A stretch of 64,000 bases of DNA, from the NCBI GenBank assembly GCA_000182565.2, contig KQ257451.1; one strand, given 5' to 3'. A model generated the notes under the pieces. That model was given only the letters and a program-made list of their open reading frames with translations. It was not told where the DNA came from and searched no databases. Position 1 is the first letter of the stretch. Each line of letters starts with the position of its first letter. The position numbers were made by a program, and so were the translations under genes. The stretch is from Spizellomyces punctatus DAOM BR117 (taxonomy: Eukaryota). Shown piece by piece: positions 36,887 through 49,423 of the stretch.

Positions 36887-37647
36887 TAGTGTAGAGGTGA
36901 CAGAAACTGGCACTAGCTACTACACCAGGGAATAAACCGGCGACAACCGGTTCGGAAAAGCTAACTAAGCTACTACTAGGCAATTATACATGCAATATGT
37001 AACGGTTGGTTCTAACTGGATAATTGCCCACCACCACACACGGTCCCTACTAGGCCTTGATCTGGAACTCTTGATGGCATTGAAGCCAGACTCTTGCATC
37101 CAGGAGCAAATTGACTGGGCAGCGTCACAAGCCAGAGGATGTTCAGTGACAAGGCTTGGAGACTAAAAAAAACTGCATGTCAGCAAGATGAATGACAGAA
37201 TGAAAAGAAAAATGCCATTGGTACATACCAACCAAGCTCAACAAATGTAGCAGTATAATAGCAGCTTTGTTGGTTCCGAGTGGTTGCTGCTGGTTCCAGT
37301 TGGTTGTAGTCAGGAGGGCGAGTTCCTCGGCACCACCACATCTGCATTCTCATGATTGACCAAGTCGTGATGAGAGTTGCAATGTGGGTCGCGATGAGCG
37401 TTGCGCAGATGGTTTGAGAGTCAGGGAACTGGTGAGGAAGGGGAGAGAGAGCAAAGGCTCCCCTTTTATAGACCTTTGGCAGGCGCCTCACCGCAGTTTT
37501 CTTAAAAAAAAAACATTACATGCATGCCACACCGCTGCATGCCACACCAATCTGAGCGATAGAGGGGGTTCTGATATGCGATATGATTAACCGGATTAAT
37601 CCGGATAATAATGGGTCCTAGTGCCATTTTCAATCACCTCCACACTA
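36887..37647. mobile_element. Non-autonomous TIR element (MITE-like, 761 bp), copy 2
   Basis: Same TIRs and orientation as 3567-4321. First 279 bp differ at 6 positions, the middle is clearly diverged, and the last ~85 bp are near-identical. Confidence 0.88.
37012..37353 (-). CDS. Putative two-exon 91-aa ORF carried inside the TIR element (copy 2)
   Basis: Exons 37353-37229 and 37162-37012. Intron has GTATGT...CTGAC...TTTTTTTTAG. TATAAAAG at 37470-37463. Confidence 0.5.
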
Positions 37648-38151
37648 TGTCTTTTGGTGTTCGCCTCGCTAGTCGTTGGCTGGGAAGAAACTGAATTCAT
37701 TTTTCGATGGAATATATGCCATCAACACCTCAATACACCAGAAAAGAGGATAAAACGGGTAAGATAGAGGGAAATCTGGAGCGGGCGACTACTAGAGTAC
37801 AGATAACAGGACCAACGAACTCTCCCAGAACTGGTAGATGTCATTATTCTTCCTTTTCTACTAGTGCGCCAGGGAGGAAACCGACAAAAATAATGTGCCT
37901 TGTGTGATTGGGAACGGCCGCCTGTGCATATTCTTGAGAAAGGAGGCCTTCCACCTATTGGAGATACGAAAGCTGTCACCATACACAGACGTATTGTCTC
38001 GCACCTCACTTAAACCAGTCCGATCTATCCTGAAGGATTGGTCGTCCGCGTAATTTGTGGCTTGGGGCAGGCTTAGAGTGGCTGATGCCCGTTTTCGGAC
38101 GACCTGCTGCGGGATACTGAATTGAATTGCAATTTATCACACCATTCAGTT

Positions 38152-39844
38152 ATGACAACGGTGGATTGGAACTCCCTCACGGTGGTTAAGCTCAAAGAGG
38201 AGCTAAAGAAACGGAATCTATCCACGAATGGACTCAAAAAGGATCTCGTCCAGCGGCTGGAGGAGTATGATGAGGCCGGTGGATCTGGTTCAGCTGAGGG
38301 TGATGGTGATAACGAAGCCGCTGCTGCTGCTGACTTACCTGAGACACCTGCAAAGGGCGGGAAGGAGCGTCGGAAGTCAACTCGTGTGGGACGGAAAGGA
38401 AGTGAAGTCCAAGAGGACAAGGACAACGGGGAGAATGGGGAACAGAATAATGGAGAGTTGTCATCCTCGGAGGATCGCACTAGACACGATGCTCCAGATG
38501 TAGAAAGCGAAGTGAAGGAGAATGAGAATGCAAATGACATAGCTATGGACGACGCTAAGAATGAGACAAAAGCAGAGCAGGACCCCTCACTTTCGAGCGC
38601 CAAGCGCAAGAGTCCTTCGGACTCAGAAGAGCCCAAAGTAGCAAAGAAAACCAAGACGGAGGAGGTCAATTTGACGGATGGGCTTGAGAACAAGGCGCCA
38701 GAGAATGAGGCGTCTCATGTGAACCAGAAGAGTGATATCAAAAGCGAACAGAAAAGAGATGTTGAAATCCAAGGTGAAGAAAAGCTAGTTGGGGAGAAAC
38801 CGTCATCACCGACCAAGAAAAGAAATGATGCGGTCAAGGACCAACAATCAGATCCTTCCACATCATCTCCGCAATCCGGTGCGTGTTAAGATTACAAGGA
38901 TGGCTACCCGTACTAGTAGTTATATCATTGACCCTGTATGCTATGTTCAGAAGCAAAGGAAATGACTTCTGCTGATAAAGCGGCGGCTCCTGTGTCCACT
39001 GCCAATGGTGTTAACGAGAAGCATGCCGATCCTGAGAGTGGAACAACTGAGAATGGTAAGGCGTCACACAATGACATATCCGTCTTTCGCTGCCGTTGAA
39101 AATCTGAATGCAGATGAATCATCTACCGAGAAAGAATCGTTGCAGCCCTCTTCTACTTTGGTGATTCGGAACTTTATCAGGCCACTCACTGTCCAGCAGG
39201 TGAAGGAGCTATTGGCCAGTTATGGGAAAGTTGAAAACTTTTGGATGGATAAAATCAAAACTCATTGTTATGTTACGGTACGTTACGTCAACAGTGAGCA
39301 GCTGTCATTGCTGCATAAATCGCTCACCTTGTCCATATGGTAGTACGAAAATACAAATCAAGCCGCGGAGGCCTTTGCCGGTTGCGATAATTTAAAATTC
39401 CCTCCTGACACCGGGAAGAACCTGACGGTCGAGTACATGACAGAGGAAGCTGCCACCGCCGCCATTGCAGAAGAGGAGAACGCCCAACGACGAAACAGTG
39501 ATACCAACAATCCTCCTGGTCGGTTTGCTGCAGCCCACAACCCCCTCCACCGTTTGGCGCCACCGCCGGCTCGCATTGAGCGACCGCCTTTCAATCCGCC
39601 GCCGCCACCCCCGGCCTATAACCCCCCGCCTTTGCGCCGCGATGCACGTCCTAACGACGCCATGTTCAGGAAAACCAAAACGCAGCCTTCCATCTATTAC
39701 CGTCCTCATTCCGAGGACGAAGTACGTGCCAAAAGGCGAAGACTGGAGGATGATGTCTCACGGGATAGACGTGAGCCTCGAAGGAGGAGCAGAGAGCGCA
39801 GTAGGAGCCGAGAAAGGAGGAGTTACGGTCGCGGACGGTATTGA
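38152..39844 (+). CDS. ACIN1: Acinus-like protein (SAP domain, RRM, RSB motif, RS tail)
   Basis: SAP (LTVVKLKEELKKRNLSTNGLKKDLVQRL), RRM (IRNFIRPLT...FWMDKIKTHCYVT), RSB motif (FRKTKTQPSIYYRP), RSRERSRSR. Confidence 0.9.
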
Positions 39845-40308
39845 GGACATAGGGCAGATGATCCGCAATCACAGCTCTATCGGCCTCTCATGGTGTTAAA
39901 CCCGCTGGTCTGGCCGGCTTGTATATATCATGATCTTAGGATTGTCTAGGGTGTAGTTCACGCTAAGAGATACCAGAAGAGTATCATTAACGTTCTGGTT
40001 GGGTCGCAATGGACAATAGATGTTCTGAAACTCTGCATTGTCTTTACTTTGGACAAGATAGTTCTCCGTCTTTCAAGGTGCCGCTTTACATGGGCGCCTT
40101 TCTGCATAAAACGGCAATTTTAGATCCAATAGCTTGTCAGAATTTCAATATATGCACAAATTTTCCAGAAAGCAATAAAGCCAATAATAATATACAAACG
40201 AAGAAGACAGCCATTTCTCCCAACCCATAGATATACATGTCAAAAAAAGGAAAAATAATATAAACTAAAGAAAGAGCAAGGAAAGACAAACTCCAACCAA
40301 TAGAGGCC

Positions 40309-41950
40309 TCATTCGGCAAACTCCCACAGCTCACAGTCCATGCAGTCTGGTTCAGGAACGCATTCTGGAACATCTTCCGCATCCTCCAAGAACAGTCGTA
40401 TCACATTGTTGATCTTGATTGTAATACAAATGTGAGTGAATATATTCATATCTGATCCGGATTTTGGCGAACAAAAATACCTGATGATATCTGATATTTT
40501 TCACCGCCGATGCATTCACGACGTTGGAGGATATCTCCAACGACATCCCACCGTCGGTTGCGTAAGGGAATAAGGCGTTCGTCCTCCCATGCTGATTATC
40601 CACATTTGTCACCCATTTTCCAAACGTCTTCAAATCCATTCCTTTTTTTAGGCGAACTTCATCGGGATCATATACGCAGCTCTTGCCGAGATGGCATTTA
40701 GTTTCCATCGCAAACCGGGCAATCCAGCAAGACGTAAAGGGTCCGTGACATGTTCCCGTAAAGACTGGGTCGCCGAGATTACCAAAATGGTAGATGGGTG
40801 TGTCCGGCACTGGATTGGGAGCCGGTGGAACTAGCCCTAAACGACGGGCAAATGAGAGATCACCGGGGGATTCATACGAGAACGCTGGCACGTTATTAGT
40901 GAGCGCGACGAGAGACGCAAGGGCACCTCCCAAAGAATGCCCTGTTAGGTAAATAGTGTGATCAGGATATAGTTCACGGACTGTCAGGTACATTTCTTGA
41001 GCGAGGAGGTAATATGAATCGGGATAATGGGAGGCTTTGCTCAGACATTTTTGCGAACACGTCCGGCCCGCTTCACCGCAACAGTCACATATAGGCCTCC
41101 AGGTCGGGCCGGCTTTGCCGCAGCAGCATGAAAACATCATGTTATCCTAAACAAGTGTCTAGATGAGACATGGATGGCCGGCGACGAATATGTCCAATTG
41201 TCCTTACATTGTACTTGTCCTTGGCAGATGTTTCGCCGCCAATGCCAAAAAGACTGGCGGACGTGCCTTTATAGGCCAGAACCAAATGATCTTGATCATC
41301 TGTGAAGACATATGCTCGTATGCCATCGTTCTCCCATCCATAACCGACCGTCTAACCAAGAAGACTTAACAAATGCCATTATCGGTAATGGCAGATCACT
41401 CTGTACGTACGGCGTTCCAATGACCAACATCTTTCCATTGCTCGTCGTCAGGAGTTAAATATGCATTCGAACACATTTTCGCAAAACTCAGCACCGTTGC
41501 CGGATCGGTGTAATCAGGGACCTTGACGACAGTGCTCCGTTTCGCTTCCATTGTAATCTGGAAGTAGGCAGCGTGGGAAGAACACCCAACAACAGAGAAA
41601 AACTACTAGTTGCGCTCAATTACCTGGGCTCCCGCCCTAGCGCCCTGTACAGCCAAGGAATCTTTCCTGTCATTGGCACGTTTATCCCGGGTCTCCAAAA
41701 TAGTTTCTCGATGCTGAACTTGGTGTACAAAGGTCTGTCCAGTCAACAGCTCCTGCAGCCATAGATCGGCCTCATTATCAATATCCAGCCGCTTGAAGAG
41801 ATCTGGGTAGCGACTAGTCCCCCGGTGGAAGATATGCGATAGTTTCAAGCGGGTGGCCTTTGAATTTGTGGCAAACGTGGTTTCAAAGAGAGCACAGACG
41901 AGGAGAGCTAGGACGAAAATAAAAAGTACAGCAGGTCGACGTGGTAGCAT
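40309..41950 (-). CDS. ATG15: Atg15-like vacuolar lipase
   Basis: N-terminal hydrophobic anchor, LSHIFHRG, AKMCSNAY, IKGTS, DNMMFSCCC, TGHSLGG (GxSxG), DPVFTGTC, METKCHLG, C-terminal VPEC...C..C..W. Confidence 0.92.
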
Positions 41951-42273
41951 GAGGGTCTCGCTGATTCAACTTGCAAAGTAGAAGTGCATAATCGAGAAAA
42001 ACTCAGTTCCGCAGTCGGCGATAAGAATTGCGAGCACGTTTTGCAAAACAACGACCTTCCTGCTGACATGTTCGCATGACGTCCGATTGTGGCGTGAGTG
42101 TGGCGAGGACAGCGCGTGGCTGACCATGGCGCAGCTTCACGCGTTCTGACAGTTTTCACAAAATTATACGTTTGCTGTGGACTTTTCCCCCCGTTTCCTT
42201 CCGCACACCCATCCCCTTTCTCCTTCTGAACCTGGTCAACGATCGCAACCTACTCTAAAGATATATCACAATA

Positions 42274-43633
42274 ATGAAGCCTTTGGCGCTATCGCTCTTC
42301 CATCCTCTCTTCACCAACACCTCTCTCGACTTGCTCGGACTTCATCCGGACGAGTTCAAGTTTGAGAACGCGCCATTGTCAACGCGTTCTGAAGTGGGTA
42401 TGTTGTCGCCGTCAGATCTGCTCTTTCTGATCGTGTCCACCGTCTCACGAACAGTTGCGCAGCAAAATGGTTTCTCGTGTACTTGACAGTGGTGCTGGGC
42501 GGCCAAGCCTTTATGCGCAGATTCGTAAAGGAGCCGATTGCCGTTAAGCCCCTTTTCTTCCTCCATAACGCCTTCCTGTCTGCGTCATCCCTGGCATTGC
42601 TCGTTCTTTTCCTCGAGATTATTGTCCCTAACATTTGGAATCACGGTTTGCTCTGGGCTGTCTGCCATGAGAAGGTTAGTTTATCAACGGCAAGTCTCAC
42701 TGTTGGTCTCTCCCTAACCATCATGATTAATAGTCATACAGTCCGCGCATGGAGCTCTTATACTATATCAATTACTTGATCAAGTACTATGAGTTCATTG
42801 ATACTATATTCCTTGTGGTGAAGAAGAAAAAGCTGGGTAGGTGAATCAGATTAGCGATGAATGCCTGTGTATACTGCATGCTCATCAACGATGTAGAATT
42901 TCTACACGTATATCATCACTCAATGGTAAGCATGCACGCTTTGATCACCCTTTGATCAAAGCAATATGATGTAATCATGCCTATGTGTCCACAGACAATG
43001 GCTCTGTGCTTCTTCGAATTGGAAGGTCGGCCATCCGTAGCTTGGGTTCCTGTTACATTGAACTTGTTTGTACACGTTATCATGTACTACGTAGGTTACC
43101 TTGCTGCGCTGCACCTGTGCTTACGTGTCCGGCTGACTGAGAGTTGATTTTCAGTATTACGCGCGAACTGCCGTCTCCTCAAAACCCATCTGGTGGAAAA
43201 AGTACCTGACTACGTAAGTTGATGACCGCGCCGCGCATGTGGGATTGCCAAGTACACATTTAGTGACTTCATCCAAATTAGCCTTCAAATTGTTCAATTT
43301 ATCATTGACCTATTTGCTATCTACACGGCCACCTATATCTACCTCTCATCGGACCCACTTGCTGGTGTTCTTCCGAACTTTGGTCTCGGCAAATGCTCCG
43401 GAACTCCCGTGGCCGCTGGTGTTGGCTGCTTTATCTTGACCAGCTACCTTGGCTTGTTCATCCAATTCTTTTTCAAGACATACAGTGGACGAAAGGGTGG
43501 CAAAGGCGGAAAGGTCGGCAAGGTTGCAGATGACACCGTTGAGCGGTTCGAAAAGGAGATTGGCCAGGAAAAGGTGCTGAGTGCTGTAAGGAAAGAGGGA
43601 TCTACGCGAAGACGGTTGAAGAGAGTGGATTAG
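42274..43633 (+). CDS. ELO-family fatty acid elongase
   Basis: FLHNAFLS, YYINYLIKYYEFIDT, FLHVYHH (HxxHH), VHVIMYY/YY, WWKKYLT/LQIVQF, SYLGLFIQFF across many short exons. Confidence 0.93.
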
Positions 43634-44081
43634 ACGGCGAAATGTGCATAAATAGTCTTAGTCTTGATCAGGATTGTTGCGGACGATTGAATTAATGGTC
43701 GTACCAAGGTTTGGTGATGAGATATAATAGCTCCGTAGTAGATTATAAACGTCGTTTGGCTGGTAACCCCTGACTTTGCTGCGGAAGGCATTAGCATACT
43801 GGACAGGTGATTCTTCATTTCGAAGAACTTACGAGGTCAGTTTTTATAAGACATTGCAACTCGATGCGAGGTAAGCTAGCAGCAAGCCCCCATTCGCCGT
43901 TTCAGGCGTCATTAGGATTTTTATCCCCCAAAAAAACTATAACAGTTTTAACCAGTCGAAGTTGTTCGTAAATGAGCCCTGACAGTGATTCCTAACCACG
44001 TTCAAAATTCATAATATTATTCTCCCACGAGTTTGATAGAAGGTAAAGCTACAAAATAAGCGATGTCCACAGACTGTAAAT

Positions 44082-45071
44082 CTATTGTGGAATTTGTTCA
44101 TTGGTAGCTCCATCCTCGATAACCAAGTCCACTGCTACCCCGAAATGATCGCTCAAGAAACTGAACGGTTGATCCTTGACCTCAAATTTCTCCACTCTTA
44201 CATTCTCAAAGTTAATATCTTTTTGAGAGTCCGTCAGTAGCGTTCCATCCTCTCCCGCCGGTCGGAACGTGAGAACAAAGTCAATACACTTCCGGTCAGG
44301 CTCGGGTCTTCCAGGGCCGACCCTTAGCCTACTCGTAGTGATCGGATGCTCCTTCAGGATCTCATAGCAAACATTGCCAACATCATATCGCACGCATTTA
44401 GCTCCGGAGGTACTATCAGGATCGGCGGTGGCACCTGAATAGATACCCAACATTTTCAGATACTCCGCACCATGTCCAATGCCATCCTCAGGTCCAGCCC
44501 TCGCATCAACGTTCATATCACCCACAAACAGGACAGGCTCAGAAGGCTTCCGCTGGTTCTTCTCCAGCATGTTGTCTATGAAGCGTTTGGCTTCAATGTA
44601 TTGTCGGTGACGGAGTTCGATGGCGCGCGGCGAGTCGGTAGATTGAAAATGCGTCGCAAAAAGATGTAGGTGCCTATCAGGTGCCGCTTGTATCTTTGCA
44701 TACAATACGCCCTTAGCCGCCAACCAATCCCCAATTTCTGTTCCGCGTACGAAGGTCCATTCATCGACACTGACAATTGGTATACGGCTCAGAATAATTA
44801 ACCCAGCATCGACGCGGAGCTTCCAAATACTCTGTTTCTTGCCCGCTGCAACGTATTTAAGACCGTGCTTTTGGGCGAGGGATATAAGCTCATTACGCCG
44901 GCTGGAAAGGGATGCGAAAGTTTCCTGAAGCGCGATGATGTCATAATTCTGGAATTGGGTTTCAGCAAACAGACGTAAACGCTCAAACTTCCAGTCGCCT
45001 TTCGAGCCCTTCTCAGATACACCGGGAGGGCGCAGAAAGAAGTTTAATGTTAACAAGCGGAGACGGGTCAT
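44082..45071 (-). CDS. Endonuclease/exonuclease/phosphatase-fold protein, sphingomyelinase-like; intronless
   Basis: LLTLN, DIIALQE, GLIILSR, AAKGVLY, THFQS, GDMN, IDFVL, SDHFGV. Confidence 0.9.
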   Translation of the reverse strand: MTRLRLLTLNFFLRPPGVSEKGSKGDWKFERLRLFAETQFQNYDIIALQETFASLSSRRNELISLAQKHGLKYVAAGKKQSIWKLRVDAGLIILSRIPIVSVDEWTFVRGTEIGDWLAAKGVLYAKIQAAPDRHLHLFATHFQSTDSPRAIELRHRQYIEAKRFIDNMLEKNQRKPSEPVLFVGDMNVDARAGPEDGIGHGAEYLKMLGIYSGATADPDSTSGAKCVRYDVGNVCYEILKEHPITTSRLRVGPGRPEPDRKCIDFVLTFRPAGEDGTLLTDSQKDINFENVRVEKFEVKDQPFSFLSDHFGVAVDLVIEDGATNEQIPQ

Positions 45072-45200
45072 TATAGTTGCTGTACTGGAAAGATCACGGC
45101 GAACGAACGCGAAGGCTGCTGAGACGACATCATGATCACGTGAAACCAGTGCAGGAGCTGCTGTGCCGATGAACGATGATTATGGAAAATACTGTAAATA

Positions 45201-45918
45201 TTACGGATCTCCGAACTTTTTTATTATCGGTGTCCAGTCAATAAACTCTCTTTTGTACTCTGTAGTCCAGGCATTTCGAGACATTTTCAGTTTTGCCAGG
45301 TAGCGCCTGAGCGCTAGGAGTGTTTGCTCGTCTGGAATACTGCTGCGAGGATGCACTGAAGTGTTGTATGTTGCTGGCGTTGATGACAGGGTCTGCTGAA
45401 GAAAGACCTTCTTGATGTATTAGAATTAACTCCAACTGAACAAATCACTTCATTCGAGCTACATACCTTCCCAGGGGCTTCTTCACTTATTCTTCCATCC
45501 ACATGTCCAGTTGCAGCTCCATTTTGACCTACAACAGTTTCAGGAGCATGGTTGTTCTTGCTTCCTGAACCATCCGTCAATCGTTCAATCCCTTCTCCTC
45601 CAGTTTTCGGAGGGCTTTCGACTCTGACATTTTCCTGGATGGCAACAGTCTTCTGGATAGGCTTTGTAGCATTCAGATTAATTGGAACAATGTCTGGATC
45701 CGGAACTTGAACTGCGTCGTCATGTGTGAGAGGTAGCAGAGGAAGCTTCCAAGTGAATTGCCGCTGTTCATTCCACCGCCAGAACCGCGTCAGCCGGGCC
45801 CGACAAGAGGAACGAGGTGCTATCCGCGTACCTGATACTCTGTTGTCCACGGGTCTGCTGCTTTCCTCAGTATCCCATGTACATATCTTGTACGGGCGTC
45901 CACCTCGTAGGGGGGCAT
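45201..45918 (-). CDS. 197-aa three-exon protein with two WTTEYxRxF motifs (MDM1/SAXO-like microtubule-binding repeats)
   Basis: Exons 45918-45832, 45763-45467 and 45410-45201 join in phase with GT-AG. Product MPPYEVDARTRYVHGILRKAADPWTTEYQ/RQFTWK...RNAWTTEYKREFIDWTPIIKKFGDP*. Confidence 0.72.
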
Positions 45919-46119
45919 CTGGATGAATTATCGTGAGCAAAGCTTGACACAGCAGAGCAAGCAGGTTCAGGTAAGCAGCTGACCGCGACTAAGCCACTTC
46001 CTCGGTACTTGCCACGTCGGTTGTTTGAGCCAGTTTTGGAGTGTCATTGATGGTGTTTTGCCCCTTGTCAAACCCTTGAAGGCCGCCAGCCCTTTTCTGA
46101 GAACAAGTCCCAGGTCGAG

Positions 46120-48477
46120 ATGAGGTTCGCCATTTTTGGCTGCCTGAGCACAGCTCTTACGATCGCCGTTGTTGCAAACGCCTGGGCGCAACGAGGACAA
46201 TTCTTCACAGCATGTATTCATCTGACTCGCTCTAGCGCGAGTCTCATGGTATGTTATCAGCAGGGAAGATATGCCAAACTATTGCTAGAATCCTTTTCTC
46301 TCTAGATTCTGCTCAATATGGGCTTATACATCACCATACTCTTGGGACGGGCCTTGCAAAGACTATTTTTTGGTCAACTGCGGGCATTAGAAGTGGAGGT
46401 AGCGTCTCTGGACCGTTTGAGTATCCCGATGACACATTTGCCGACATCCTGGCCATTTCTAGCATTTGTACGAACGATCGTGGTTTGCTGTAACAGAAAC
46501 GTGTCTGGCCATGACCATTTTTCGCGATGAATTCGATATTCGATTCATAATCCTATTTGGCCTCCTGCTTCTTGTGAAAATATTTCATTGGATTGTACAG
46601 GATCGAGTCGAGTTTGTATGTTTTGAAAGGTCAAGCTCGTCACGATGCAACTGCTGACCTTCACTATGGGTGGCAGATGGAGCAAGCGCCGAATCCGTCC
46701 GTTGGCTGGCACGTTCGAATGCAAACAATTACTGCCATACTTGCTGCAATCGATTTGGCGATGATCGTGTATGCTGTACAATATACGAGGACCAGAGGGC
46801 CAAGTATGATGATTATTTTTGGATTTGAAGTAAGTTGAAATCCACAGGGCCTTGTGAACGGCCTGTCCAAGTGCATACGGAGCTGACATCCTTCTGGTGT
46901 TCTAGTATACGATTCTCCTGTCGCTAGTTTTGTCAACGTTTGTAAAGTATTTACTGCATTCTTATGACCTGCGAAGAGATCGACCTTGGGAAGAAAAATC
47001 TATGTACATCTTTTATGTGGATCTTATGCATGGTGCGCTCGAACTCGGTGTTTTTCGCAAATTTCACGTAATTGATATCAGTATGTTCCTCAAGATTTCG
47101 AGAAACTTGTCACCTACTTCTGCTTTTTCGGCATCGTCGTATATTACTATAGCCTGCCACTCCACATTGTCCGAGATCTCTATATGACCCTCCGAAGTTT
47201 CATCCATCGATGTCGAGATCTCATTCAATACCGACGAGCAACTGCAAACATGAATGAACGATATCCAGATGCGACTCCGGAAGAGCTATCAGCAACGGAT
47301 AGAGTTTGTATTATATGCAGAGAGGAAATGGATATCGCTGGGAATAATGTCGTACCGGCGGCCCCTGTAAATAATGGGCAACCTCGTGCTGGGGCCGGGG
47401 GGAGGGTTCCCGCTGCCGGCGGTCCCAGACCGATAGCACACCCGGACACTCCCAAGAAGCTTTATTGCGGACATATCTTCCACTTTCATTGTTTGCGGAG
47501 CTGGCTAGAGAGACAGCAAAGTTGCCCTACATGGTATGTGTCCTGTCCGCTTTGATGACCGTTAGAGTGACATCACGATTCTCACTCTTCGAACAACATA
47601 ATCCTTTCAACAGCCGACGATCTGTCCTTGAGCAACGTAAGTTTTATTGCGGTTCGGGCAGCAGAGAACGTCATCAATACCGCGTTGCTCACCCTGTTCC
47701 TATTCAGCGTCAGCAGCGGCAGCTCAACAGGCAGCTGGACGTCCGCCAGCGGGTGGTGCACCGGGTAATGCTGTCAATGATTTCCAAGCATTCTGGCAGC
47801 AACATCAGCAACTTTTTGCGGGTGGGGTATTGCATGCGGCCCCAGGGGTGAATACACCGGGCCCGTCAGTACAGCCCCAGGCGAATGGAGGAGCAACAGC
47901 AGCTAATCCAATTCGCACATTAATGGGAGAACCAGTGAGTAATCGTTCAAGTATTGCTAATGGATGGATTGCTAATGTCTTCCTGCAGCAAAATCTCCCA
48001 ACATCGAGTATACCGGACGGCATGATGTTCCCTATCACTCTCACACCACTTATACCATTGACAGGTGCTCATAGTGGCCAACCTCAAAGTACGTTGTCAA
48101 GTGTCGACCAAACCTTTGGACCGTCGTTAATGTCTTCATCTACAGCTATTCCGCCAGTCTTGGACCATCTTTCCGACGAACAGCTTCAATCCATGGAGGG
48201 ACGATCACGAGAGGCAATGATGGAGCGAATCCGGGCCTTGCAGAACATACAGCATCAGCTAACTGGTGTAATAACCCAGTTGATGCAAATTTCACAGATA
48301 ATCCCACCGCCATCTGCCACCCCTGGCGCGGAATCTGGTAGTGGAATTGGTACATCTAGATCTGGTGATAGTGATGGAGCCGGCGTCAATGCGGGTGCCG
48401 GGTCGTCATCATCTTCGTCGGCGGCAAGAGACGAAACGGTTGATAAGAAAGGAAAGGGTGTCGCACAAGAAAGTTAA
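46120..48477 (+). CDS. HRD1: ERAD E3 ubiquitin ligase Hrd1/synoviolin
   Basis: FFGQLRALEVE/HLYERSWFAVTETCLAMTIFRDEF, RING-H2 CIICREEM...CGHIFHFHCLRSWLERQQSCPT, C-terminal LQSMEGRSREAMMERIRAL. Confidence 0.96.
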
Positions 48478-48665
48478 CCGATCGCCATCCCCTCACTCCA
48501 GCAGAAGCAAAAATCTATTGCGATGAAGGAAAGTGCGTTCACAAGGGCCAAATGGCGTGAATGTGAATATGCCAAGATAGCACGTCTATTATCAAAATGT
48601 GACTGTACATCTCTGACCGTGCCTTTTGCAATGTAAACTGTATCAATAGGAACAGCCCTTCGACA

Positions 48666-49253
48666 TCATCGGCCGTATCCGATCCAAACTTTGATACCTG
48701 TAACACCCTTCTTGTGAACATAAAGCGATCTTGCAAAATCCACATAGGCTCCACCAACATTCCCAGTTCCCAACTTTCCATACGCAAATCTCTGCGTGGA
48801 GGACCGTGTCCCTCTACGGCCTGTCACTTCAATCCTAAAACCCGTTATTTTTCCAATAGGAGATTGAGCATCGAGAGTTGGTGACGGGAGGTGAATGTGG
48901 CGGGTAATAATGTTGGGCAGGGGGATATCGGTACGGAATGTTTGCTGTTGCTCCTGTGGTGTCTGGTTTCCTGTCACCGAAGTAGATTTTGGTGGCAAGC
49001 CCGAGGCTGCATATTCCGCTGATTTGTTAGCGAGAGGAATGTGGTGCAACTGGGTCGAAGAAGGATCTTGGAAAGGGCTCTTGACGTATCTGTGGTAATT
49101 GTAAAGTTTCGGTGCTCGCCCCTGAGATCCACAGAGTGTTTAACCTTTGGTTGAGAGCATTTGGAGTAAAGACCTTTCACATACCTTTGGAGCGTGTGCA
49201 CTCACTTTTGCAAACTCTTGCATGACGTCCTTGTACACTCGTGTTGTTGTCAT
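48666..49253 (-). CDS. Nuclear-encoded mitochondrial-type ribosomal protein S3 (uS3m/Rps3/Var1-like, C-terminal domain only, ~174 aa)
   Basis: GFRIEVTGR...RS...YGKL...VDFARS...KKGVTGIKVWI resembles the bacterial/organellar S3 C-terminal domain. Exon 49253-49185 splices in phase to 49121-48666. Confidence 0.75.
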
Positions 49254-49423
49254 TGCGAAAGTTGAGGTGGACGAAAAGGATTGGAATCGTCTGAACTTTG
49301 GAAGACGGCAAAGCACAACAACCAAAAATTCCCAATAAAACTGTGCCGCAGGAACAGGTCCCAGTGGTTACTATCCCGCGCCCCCGCGTCCAAGATCACC
49401 ATTCATCGGCCAGCAGAATAAAG

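Noticed and set aside
3567-37647. The two copies as LTRs or ends of one 34-kb composite element
   Set aside because: Each copy has its own TIRs, no TSD flanks the pair, the interiors are diverged, and the interval holds housekeeping genes with no RT, integrase or transposase.
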